Source: an uncultured Actinomycetota bacterium (GTDB taxonomy: Bacteria; Actinomycetota; Actinomycetes; Propionibacteriales; Nocardioidaceae). From it: a DNA stretch of 64,000 bases. The notes below the pieces were generated by a model, which saw only the letters and a program-made list of their open reading frames with translations, did not search any database and was not told the DNA's origin. The position numbers and the translations under genes were made by a program. The DNA is taken from NCBI GenBank assembly GCA_963784485.1, contig CAWARH010000006.1, forward strand, positions 580,298 to 644,297. The letters are read 5' to 3'. Shown here in pieces: positions 9,114-17,700 of the stretch; the stretch's first letter is position 1, and every line of letters begins with the position of its first letter.

Positions 9114-10296
9114 CCGGCCGAGAGCCGTCGTGGTCGGCGGCTCCTTCGGCGGTCTGACTGCCGCGCTGCTGCTGCGTGAGCGCGGCTTCGCGGTCGAGGT
9201 GTTCGAGCGGTCCTCGCAGCTGCTCGACGGCCGCGGTGGCGGCATCGTGCTCCAGCCGGACACCGTCCGCTGGATCCGGGAGCGGCGTGCCGACCTCGCG
9301 GTCGCCGACGTCAGCATCGGCTCGTCGTTGCTGCGCTACCTCGGGCCGGACAACGCGGTGGTCCACGAGGAGCCCGCCGCGTGGCGGTTCAGCTCCTGGA
9401 CCACGCTGTACCGCACCCTCCTCGACGAGCTCGGCCGGGAGCACTACCACCTCGGCGAGCTCGCCGTGGGGGTCGACCAGGACCCTGACCGGGCCGAGGT
9501 CCGCTTCGTCAGCGGTCGTCGCGCCTACGCCGACCTGCTGGTCTTCGCCGACGGCATCTCCTCGGTGGGCCGCCGACGGCTGCTTCCCCAGGTGCGCCCT
9601 CGCTACTCCGGGTACGTCGGCTGGCGTGGGACGGTGCCCGAGGCGCGGGCATCGGACGAGACCCGCGCGCTGCTCGACGACGCGCTCGGGTACGCCGTGA
9701 TGGAGCGGTCGCACATCTGCATGTACCCGATCCCCGGGCGGCAGGGCCAGCTCGACCGCGGGCACCGGCTGCTCAACTACGTCTGGTACCGCAACGTCGC
9801 CGAGGGCCCTGAGCTGGACGAGCTCATGACCGACGTCCGCGGCAACCCGATGACGGTGTCGGTGCCGGCCGGCAAGGTGCAGCCCCGCTACGTCGAGGAG
9901 CTCAGGGAGCTGGCACCCCAGGTCCTCCCCCCGGCTGCGGCCGAGCTGGTGCTGCGCACCCAGGACCCCTACATCCAGGCGGTAGTGGACGTCGCCGTGC
10001 CCCGGATGGCGTTCGGCAGGGTGGCCCTCCTCGGGGACGCCGCCTTCGCCGCACGCCCGCACGCGGCCGCCGGCACCGCCAAGGCGGCAGCCGACGCGTG
10101 GGCCCTGGCCGACGCTCTCACCGACCACGACAACAACGTGCTGCCCGCGCTCGAGGCCTGGGAGCCGGCCCGCCTGGTTCTCGGCGAGGACCTCGTCCGG
10201 CGCAACGCCGAGATGGGGGCCCGGTCGCAGTTCACGGGCACCTGGGACCCGGCCGACCCCGCGCTGCACTTCGGGCTCTACGGCCCCGACCGCTGA
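9106..10296 (+). CDS. FAD-dependent aromatic-ring monooxygenase (2,6-dihydroxypyridine/salicylate hydroxylase-like)
   Basis: GxGxxG (VVVGGSFGGLTAA) and the GDAAFAARPHAAAGTAKAAADA FAD-binding motif. 8-nt overlap with the cupin gene. Confidence 0.75.
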   Translation: MADRPRAVVVGGSFGGLTAALLLRERGFAVEVFERSSQLLDGRGGGIVLQPDTVRWIRERRADLAVADVSIGSSLLRYLGPDNAVVHEEPAAWRFSSWTTLYRTLLDELGREHYHLGELAVGVDQDPDRAEVRFVSGRRAYADLLVFADGISSVGRRRLLPQVRPRYSGYVGWRGTVPEARASDETRALLDDALGYAVMERSHICMYPIPGRQGQLDRGHRLLNYVWYRNVAEGPELDELMTDVRGNPMTVSVPAGKVQPRYVEELRELAPQVLPPAAAELVLRTQDPYIQAVVDVAVPRMAFGRVALLGDAAFAARPHAAAGTAKAAADAWALADALTDHDNNVLPALEAWEPARLVLGEDLVRRNAEMGARSQFTGTWDPADPALHFGLYGPDR

Positions 10297-10346
10297 GTTC
10301 GCGGGGGCCCCGACCAGGTGATCCGCGCGGATGACAGGATCCACGC

Positions 10347-10940
10347 ATGCTCGATGCAGACCGCGCCTACTGGGACGGCCAGGCTTCCACCTTCGACGAC
10401 GAGCCCGACCACGGACTGGGCGACCAGCGCACGCGCGAGGCGTGGCGCTCTTTGCTGGTCGACCACCTCCCGGAGGCCCCCGCCGACGTCGTCGACCTCG
10501 GCTGCGGGACCGGGACGCTGTCGGTGTTGTTGGCCCACGAGGGGTTCCAGGTGCGCGGTCTCGACTTCGCCGCGGCGATGGTGGCCGCTGCCAAGGCGAA
10601 GGCGGCTGCAGCGGGAGTCCCTGTCGCCTTCGCCCAGGGCGACGCCGCCGCCCCGCAGTACGCCGCTGCGTCGTGCGACGTGGTGCTCTGCCGGCACGTG
10701 CTGTGGGCACTGCCTGACCCGGGGCTGGCGCTGGCGAGCTGGATCAGGCTGCTCCGCCCCGGAGGGCGGCTGGTCCTCGTCGAGGGAGAATGGTCGACAG
10801 GGGCAGGGCTCCCGGCCGCCACCTGCGCGACCCTGGTGCGCGAGCAACGGGCCAGTGCCGAGATCACCTTTCTGCGCGACCCCGTCTACTGGGGAGGCGA
10901 GACCGGCGACGAGCGCTACCTGCTGGTGAGCCTGCGCTGA
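10347..10940 (+). CDS. class I SAM-dependent methyltransferase
   Basis: Motif I VVDLGCGTGTLS and post-I LDFAAAMV. Confidence 0.75.
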   Translation: MLDADRAYWDGQASTFDDEPDHGLGDQRTREAWRSLLVDHLPEAPADVVDLGCGTGTLSVLLAHEGFQVRGLDFAAAMVAAAKAKAAAAGVPVAFAQGDAAAPQYAAASCDVVLCRHVLWALPDPGLALASWIRLLRPGGRLVLVEGEWSTGAGLPAATCATLVREQRASAEITFLRDPVYWGGETGDERYLLVSLR

Positions 10941-10969
10941 ACCACCCACCCACCCGGCGTGCGGGGCGA

Positions 10970-11863
10970 CTACCCGGCGGACGCAGGCCGGTAGGCGTGC
11001 AGGACCGTGGCGATGTCCTCGCCGCCGTGACCTGCCTCGACGGCGCGGGCCAGCTGGTCCCGCACCACCCGGAGCAGCTCCGCGTCCACCCCGGCCTCGG
11101 CACCCGCGGCCACGATCAGGTCCGCGTCCTTGATGCCGCCCTCGACCCCGAAGGCCGACTCGAAGCGGCCCTCGACCATGGCCGCCCCCTTGTGCTTGAG
11201 GTACCCGGACTCGAGCGGTCCTCCGGCCAGGGCGTCGAGGACCTGCTGGGGCTTCAGTCCGAGCGCCTCGGCCAGGGCCAGCGACTGTGCGACCGCCGAG
11301 GTCAGGCTCAGCACGAACGCGTTGGTGGCCAGCTTGAGCCGGGAGCCCGCGCCGGCGTCGCCGACCCAGACGGTGCGCGACCCGACCGCGTCCAGGACCG
11401 GGTCCACCGCTGCCCGCGCCGCGGTCGGGCCGGAGGCCAGGACGACGAGCGTGCCCTGCTCCGCGGGCCCCTTGGTGCCCTGGACCGGGGAGTCCAGGTA
11501 GACCAGGCCGAGCTCCTCGGCCACCGTCGCGAGCCGGTCCGCGCCCTCCGCGCCGACCGTGGTGGTCTGCAGCAGCACCGCCCCTGGGGCGAAGCTGCCC
11601 GCGCCCTCGCGCAGCGCCTGCTCGACCGTGGACTCGTCCCACAGCATGGTCACGACGACGGAGGCGCCGTCGACCGCCTCGGCGACGCTCTCGCAGTGCC
11701 GGGCACCGAGCTCGGCCAGCGGCGCTGCGCGCTCCGGCGTACGGTTCCACACCCTCAACGGGATCCCCGCCGCGCAGATGTTGCGGGCCATCCCCGCGCC
11801 CATGGCGCCGGTTCCGAGCAGGGCAACGACGGGTGACGTCACCGACGACATGACTGAGGACAT
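10970..11863 (-). CDS. NAD(P)-dependent oxidoreductase, 3-hydroxyisobutyrate/6-phosphogluconate dehydrogenase-like
   Basis: Rossmann motif VALLGTGAMGAGMARN and the HIBADH-like C-terminal helical domain. Start ATG 11863; the longer track ORF is an artefactual extension. Confidence 0.75.
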   Translation of the reverse strand: MSSVMSSVTSPVVALLGTGAMGAGMARNICAAGIPLRVWNRTPERAAPLAELGARHCESVAEAVDGASVVVTMLWDESTVEQALREGAGSFAPGAVLLQTTTVGAEGADRLATVAEELGLVYLDSPVQGTKGPAEQGTLVVLASGPTAARAAVDPVLDAVGSRTVWVGDAGAGSRLKLATNAFVLSLTSAVAQSLALAEALGLKPQQVLDALAGGPLESGYLKHKGAAMVEGRFESAFGVEGGIKDADLIVAAGAEAGVDAELLRVVRDQLARAVEAGHGGEDIATVLHAYRPASAG

Positions 11864-11958
11864 GGCGCGAGTGTCGCAGAACCCTCCAAGGCGAGGCAGG
11901 ATCCACGGTGCGAACCGGCCGCCGGGAAGAGACGAAGCCCGGGCCGCCCCTTTCGGTC

Positions 11959-13170
11959 TCAGCCGCCCATGCGGACCCGCACCGCCTTCGCGTCGCCCAA
12001 CGGCGTCGTGAGATCCACCTCCGCATCCGAGACCGCACCCGTGGTGCCCGGACCGACCTGCCCGGACGCGAACGTGCTGGTGTGGGCATACGCGCCGGAG
12101 CCGTCGTAGTCCGCCGCCGGGGTGGTCCACCACACCACCGATCTCGGGACGTCGTAGACGTGGGGCAGAGGCTTGCCGAAGTACTCGCTGAAGTTGGACT
12201 GGTCCGTGACCGTGGCAAGGCTGTCAGGGACCGAGATCTTGCCCAGCGGCGTCTCCACGCCGGCGGTCTCGTCGAGCACCCACGCGCCCCACCACCGGTA
12301 GGTGACGCCCTCATCCTGGTACGTGTCCAGCTTCCACACCCGCAGCCGGTACCAGTGGCCGGTGGCGATCGGATGGGCGGCCCGGCAGCTCAGTCCCTCT
12401 CCTTCGCCGGCGAACGCGTCGCAGGAGGAGCCCTCGGCCCGGTGAGCGTTCCACAGGGAGAAGATCGCTGTGTCGCCGGACGTCCCGTCGAGCCGGTTTC
12501 CGTTGGTCTGCAGGCCCAGGTAGCCGCCGTCGGCTGAGCCGGACCAGCGCCAGTTGGTCGCCCAGTACGACGACCTGGCTCGCTTGGTGACCCGGAGCTC
12601 CTGGTCCAGGTTCTGGCCGAAGTCGTCCCCCGACCAGCTCCAGTTGGTGTAGACCCAGGCGTTGCGGTGCTGGGAGGCGATCGCCGTGTCCGCTCCGCAG
12701 ATCCCGTCGACCCGGTCGCTGTAGCGCCTTGTCGCAGCCACCTTGGCGACCAGGGCGGGCCAGCCGTTCCGGCGGACAGAGCGCTTGCCCTTGCGGACCA
12801 GCGGCTTGCTCGGATGGCGGTCCTGGAGGGCGAGGTAGAGCCGGGTGACCCGCTTCGCGAGTGTGCGTCGGGCGTTGCGCCGGTCGTACGTCGGTGAGGT
12901 GAACAGGTCCTGGGCGAGCCCCGGAAGGCCGGTCGCGCAGCTGTCGTCCACCCGCAGGCGCCATCGCTGCCACTGCGCCGGCGTGGGTGCCTTCCCGTGC
13001 GCATATCTCGCGTAGGCCGCGATCTCCCCGTTGCGATCCGGGGTCCTCTCGTCGGCAGCCGTCGCCGGTCCCGCGAGTGCGGCCAGGACGAGAGCGGTGC
13101 ACGTGGTGGCTGTGGTTGCTCCGATGATCCTCACGCCTGGAAACCTACGGGCCGTGCGCCGCGAGCCCAT
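11959..13170 (-). CDS. secreted hypothetical protein
   Basis: N-terminal signal-like segment (ATTATTCTALVLAALAGPATAADE) and a Trp-rich C-terminal half (NWSWSGDD, NWRWSGS, FSLWNAH). I cannot place the family confidently. Confidence 0.55.
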   Translation of the reverse strand: MGSRRTARRFPGVRIIGATTATTCTALVLAALAGPATAADERTPDRNGEIAAYARYAHGKAPTPAQWQRWRLRVDDSCATGLPGLAQDLFTSPTYDRRNARRTLAKRVTRLYLALQDRHPSKPLVRKGKRSVRRNGWPALVAKVAATRRYSDRVDGICGADTAIASQHRNAWVYTNWSWSGDDFGQNLDQELRVTKRARSSYWATNWRWSGSADGGYLGLQTNGNRLDGTSGDTAIFSLWNAHRAEGSSCDAFAGEGEGLSCRAAHPIATGHWYRLRVWKLDTYQDEGVTYRWWGAWVLDETAGVETPLGKISVPDSLATVTDQSNFSEYFGKPLPHVYDVPRSVVWWTTPAADYDGSGAYAHTSTFASGQVGPGTTGAVSDAEVDLTTPLGDAKAVRVRMGG

Positions 13171-13194
13171 GACCCGTTCGGTGCATTGACTCGC

Positions 13195-14715
13195 TCAGTC
13201 ACCCGCCGTGGAAGGAGGCGCGGTCGGCTTCTCCGCAGAGCGCACCCAGACGTCGAAGAAGGCGCCGAGGTCCTGTCCGGACGCTCGTTCGAAGACCGCC
13301 TCGAAGTCCGCCGTGCTCGCGTTCCCGTCGTCGTACCGGGACACCCACGCGCGGGCACCGGCGAGGAAGTCGTGGGCGCCGATCTTCTGGCGGAGCGCGT
13401 AGAGCGTCGCCGCGCCGCGGCTGTAGACCGCGCCCGAGAACAGCCCGAGGGGACCCGGATCGGCAACCACCACGTCCCAGAAGGGCGAGTCGGCGGGAAG
13501 CCCCATCACGTCGTCGAACCGCTCCTGGGCGGTGACGCGCCCCTGGTGCTCGGACCAGGTCCACTCGGCGTAGGTCGCCCACCCCTCGTTGAGCCAGATG
13601 TCGGCCCAGCGGTGCGGGCTGACCGCGTTGCCGAACCACTGGTGAGCCAGCTCGTGGACGACGGTGCTCTCGTCCGCGACCTCGGAGTAGACCGGCCGGG
13701 TCTGGGTCTCCAGCGCGTAGTCCACGGAGTCGTCGTCGACGATCGAGCCGAAGGAGCGGAAGGGGTAGCGACCGAAGGCCTCCAGGAACCTGATCATCTT
13801 GCCCTGCAGGGCCAGGCTGGCGTCGGTGGTCGCCCGGTGGGCGGCGGTCAGGTCGTCGTCGACGGCGTCGATGATCGGCAGGCCCTCACGGGTCCTGGAC
13901 CTCCGGAGCTCGTAGTCCCCCACCGATGCCGTGGTCAGGTAGCTCGCCTGGGGGTCGGGGGCGTCCCAGTACCAGGTGGTCCAGCCCCCGTGCCGGCTCG
14001 GCTTCCGGGCGGGCAGTCCGTTGGCGACTGCCACCTTCCCCCGGGGGACGCGGATCTCGAAGCGGTAGGACGCCTTGTCGCTGGGGTGGTCGCTGACCGG
14101 GTACCAGGTCATCGCCCCGTCGGGCTCGTTGACCACCATGGCACCGTCCCGGGTGGTGACCCAGCCATAGAGCACGCCCTCGATGTCGGTGGGCTGGGTG
14201 GTCGCACCTCCGTACGCGACGACCACGGTGACGGTGCGTCCGGCCTTGATCCTGGGCCGGGGCTGGATGACCAGCTCCCACTTCCGCCGGGTCTCGTCCT
14301 GGACCTGCCAGAAGCCCCGCCCGTGCACGCTCGCCCCCGCCCTGGGTGGCGTCACCGCGCGCACCCGACGCCCGTCCACGCTCACCCGCTGCACCTGCAT
14401 CCCCCGGAGGTCGAGGTTGAACCGGTCGAGGTCCTGGGTCGCCCGGAGCCGGATCGTCGCGACGCCGTCGAAGCGACCGCGCAGAGGCGCGGGGGCCGGC
14501 GGAGGTGGGGTGTAGGTGATGTCGAGGTCGTAGTGCTTGACGTCGTAGCCACCGTTGCCCGCGAACGGGAAGTAGGGGTCCCCCGCGCCGCTGGCTCCTG
14601 CGGTGAACCGGGGCGCTCCCCCGGGTTTCGCGGTCGACGCCGTCGGCGCCAGGACCAGCGCGATCCCGGTCGCCCCCGCAACCAACCCTCGACGCAGCCT
14701 CAAGGTGCTCACCAT
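13195..14715 (-). CDS. secreted M1-family zinc metallopeptidase (aminopeptidase N-like)
   Basis: HELAHQWFGN...WLNEGWATY is the HEXXH-X18-E gluzincin signature. N-terminal signal peptide. Confidence 0.85.
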   Translation of the reverse strand: MVSTLRLRRGLVAGATGIALVLAPTASTAKPGGAPRFTAGASGAGDPYFPFAGNGGYDVKHYDLDITYTPPPPAPAPLRGRFDGVATIRLRATQDLDRFNLDLRGMQVQRVSVDGRRVRAVTPPRAGASVHGRGFWQVQDETRRKWELVIQPRPRIKAGRTVTVVVAYGGATTQPTDIEGVLYGWVTTRDGAMVVNEPDGAMTWYPVSDHPSDKASYRFEIRVPRGKVAVANGLPARKPSRHGGWTTWYWDAPDPQASYLTTASVGDYELRRSRTREGLPIIDAVDDDLTAAHRATTDASLALQGKMIRFLEAFGRYPFRSFGSIVDDDSVDYALETQTRPVYSEVADESTVVHELAHQWFGNAVSPHRWADIWLNEGWATYAEWTWSEHQGRVTAQERFDDVMGLPADSPFWDVVVADPGPLGLFSGAVYSRGAATLYALRQKIGAHDFLAGARAWVSRYDDGNASTADFEAVFERASGQDLGAFFDVWVRSAEKPTAPPSTAGD

Positions 14716-14773
14716 GTCCCCTCCCCTTCGCCGGCCCTGACCCTACGCCCGTCGCGTGGGACCTGGGGAGCCC

Positions 14774-17700
14774 TCAGGAGCCGGTGGGCCACTGGGGACA
14801 GGTCGTCCCGTAGGGGCGGCTGGGGAAGAAGTGCTGCCACTCGGCCGGGGTGAGGTTGCGACCGGCGATGGTGCACGCGCGTTCCCTCCACCCATCCGTG
14901 CGCGCGTCCGTGACCCAGGTCCGGCCGTCCGCCGAGGCGAGGACGAGGGCCGAGCCGTCCGGGAGCCAGCCGAAGGCGCGGATCACCTGGTCGGGAAGGG
15001 GGATGCTGGCGTGATACTCGCCGCTGTGACCGTCCCAGAGCCGCACCCGGTCACCCTGGAGCGCCGCGACCTGCCTTCCGTCAGGGGCGAACCCGACGAT
15101 CCCGCCTCCGTCCTGGACGGACTCACCGATCCACTCGAGGGTCTCGAGGTCGAGGAGCCGCATCCGGCCGTCCGGGTCGGACGTGGCCAGCAGCGAGCCG
15201 TCCGGCGACAGGTCGTTGGCCAGGCTCCGGGGATCGCTCAGCGTGCCGGGGGGCGCCCGGCTCACGGAAGCGCCGGTCTCCGGGCGGACCCGGAGGAACG
15301 ACCCGTCCGCACGCAGGACCACGACGGAGTCGCCTCGCGCCATCAGTCCGGTCGCACCGGCTGCTATGGCGGTGGCGCCGACGGGCCGGAGGGTCGCCCG
15401 TTCCAGGACGGCGAGCGTCCCGCGCACGTCCTCGGCGTACACCCGCTCGCCGTCGGAGCTGAACGTCTGCGCCGCCCCCACAGTCCTGAGCCCCCTGACG
15501 GCGATCTGCCTTCCCGTCGTCGTGTCCCAGATCCGAAGCCTGGCGTCGGTGCCGGTGGACAGCATCCAGCGGGAGTCGGGGGTCCACCGCGCGTTGACCT
15601 GGTCGCCGAGCCGGGCGGACCACGAGGTCCGACGCCCCGTCGCGAGGTCCACGAACCGCAGCCTCCCTGCCCGGAAGCGAGCGAGGGTGCGACCGTCCGG
15701 AGCCGGGAGTGCCAGGTCCGTGGCGGCGTCCGACGGGACGCCGACGTCATCACTGAGGGACAGCGGGCGGCGGGTGCCGCCGAGGCTCCACGTCGCCAGG
15801 CCCACGCTTCCCAGGGTGCCGTAGATGGCGTGGTCGTCGGAGGACCACGCGGTGCTCGTGCCCCACAGCCCACCGGGGGCCCGCAGGTGGTGCACCAGGG
15901 CGCCTGACCTCGTGTCCCACACCTCGACGCTCTCGTCGGCGGAGGCTGCCATCAGGAGCGTGCCGTCGTGGGAGAACCGACCGCCTTCCGCCGGCTCGAA
16001 ACCGCGCATCCGGGGGCCCCCGGCACGAAGGGTGGTCGCGTCGTACAGAAGGATCCGGCGTCCCGTGGTCACGGCGATCGTCGACCCGTCGGGGCTGAGG
16101 TCGAGCCCGGTGGGCACCTGCCCGGGCTGGAGCGGGACGTCGGCAGCGTGCAGAAGCCGACCTGAGTCGACGTCGTAGGAGCGCAGTGAGTCCTGTCCCT
16201 TCATCGCGACGTAGAGACGACGGCCGTCGGCATCCAGAGCCACCAGGGCGTACTCCGGCACCGTCACGCCGAAGACCGGACGACGTGGGTGCCCGAGATC
16301 CCAGACCGCCGCGGTGCCGAGTCCGGTGAACTGCTCGGCCTTCAGGTCGAAGCGCTGCACGACGGCGGAGATGCGCCGGCCGTCGTCGCTGTAGTCCAAG
16401 GCGTACTCGACGGAGTCGCCCGGGCGCCAGCCGCCCAGCTGCCGCCGGGCCAGGGCACCGCCCGGGAGGTCCAGGAGCTGGATCGGCTGGTCGTCGAGTC
16501 TCGGCGGTGCCTGCTTGTCCTCGACCCACTGGTTCACCGCCATGGCGATCTGACGGCCGTCGGGCGAGAACCGGATGATGCTGGACGGCGGGGTGCCCGC
16601 GAAGTCGACGGGTTCGAGGGTCGTCGCGTCGTAGAGGTGGATCCCGGGATCCTCCGCGTCCGGCGCCATGCTGAGGGCCAGCGTCTTCCCGTCGGGGCTG
16701 AGCGCGACCGAGACCGCCAGCCCGCGGATGGCGTGCACCCGGGACAGCGGCCCCGCGCGCGTCAGGACAGCTCCCAGCGCGTCGCGGGACCGCGGCGACG
16801 GGTTGACGGTCATCGCCTCGACGGCGAGCAGCAGTCCAGCGGCGAGATCCTGCTGCCCCGCTGCCTGCGCTCCGGCCCGCTGCGCCTCGACGACCAGGGC
16901 AGCCCGCTCGCGGCCCCGCCTGTCCTGTTCGGCCCGGTCGGCAGCGCGTACGGCGAGGACGCCGGTCAGGAGGGCGAGCGCGAGGAAGACGCCGACGCCG
17001 CCCAGCGCCCCCGCCAGTCGGCGCCGGGACCGGCGGTCTCGCGCGGCCCGGGTGCTGGCGGCGCGCTGCTCCGCCCGCCACCCGGCGAGGGAGGCGTCGA
17101 GGAACGCGGCCTCGCTGCGGTCCAGATCGGGCCGAGCGCGCTCGCGCCACTCCCGGGTGCGCGTCAGCCGGATCCCCCGGTAGAGCTCGGAATCGGGACG
17201 GCCCATGGTCTCCCAGGCATGCGCGGCGCCGGTCAGGTGACCGAAGAGCCTCTGCCCGTCGAGGTCGTCGTCGAGCCAGCCGCGCAGTCGCGGCCACACC
17301 TGGACCACTGCCTCGTGCGCGATCTGCACCGTCTCGCCCTCGACGCTGACCAGCCGGGCCTCGACCAGCCTCTCCAGGAGTCGTGCCCGCTCCGGGTCGA
17401 GAGCCACCGTGTCCCGGGGCAGGCGGGCCCGCGCCGGGACGCCGTCCCCGGTCGGCACGACGAGTCGCAGCAGCATGCCGCGCAGCTGGGCGCGTTGACT
17501 CGCGTCCATCGCGTCGTAGAGGGACTCGGCGGACTGGGTGACCGCCTGCCGGATCCCCCCGGCCGCCCGGTATCCCGCCACGGTCAGCGTCGGCCCCTCG
17601 CGCCGCTGCCACGTCTCGCGCAACGCGTGGGACAGCAGCGGCAGCGCCGCGGGCTCCCCGTCGACCTCGTCGACGAGCAGGTCGACGAGACCCGGTTCCA

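Noticed and set aside
10278-12314. 678-aa minus ORF covering the methyltransferase and dehydrogenase region
   Set aside because: No motifs and low-complexity composition. It conflicts with two motif-supported genes.
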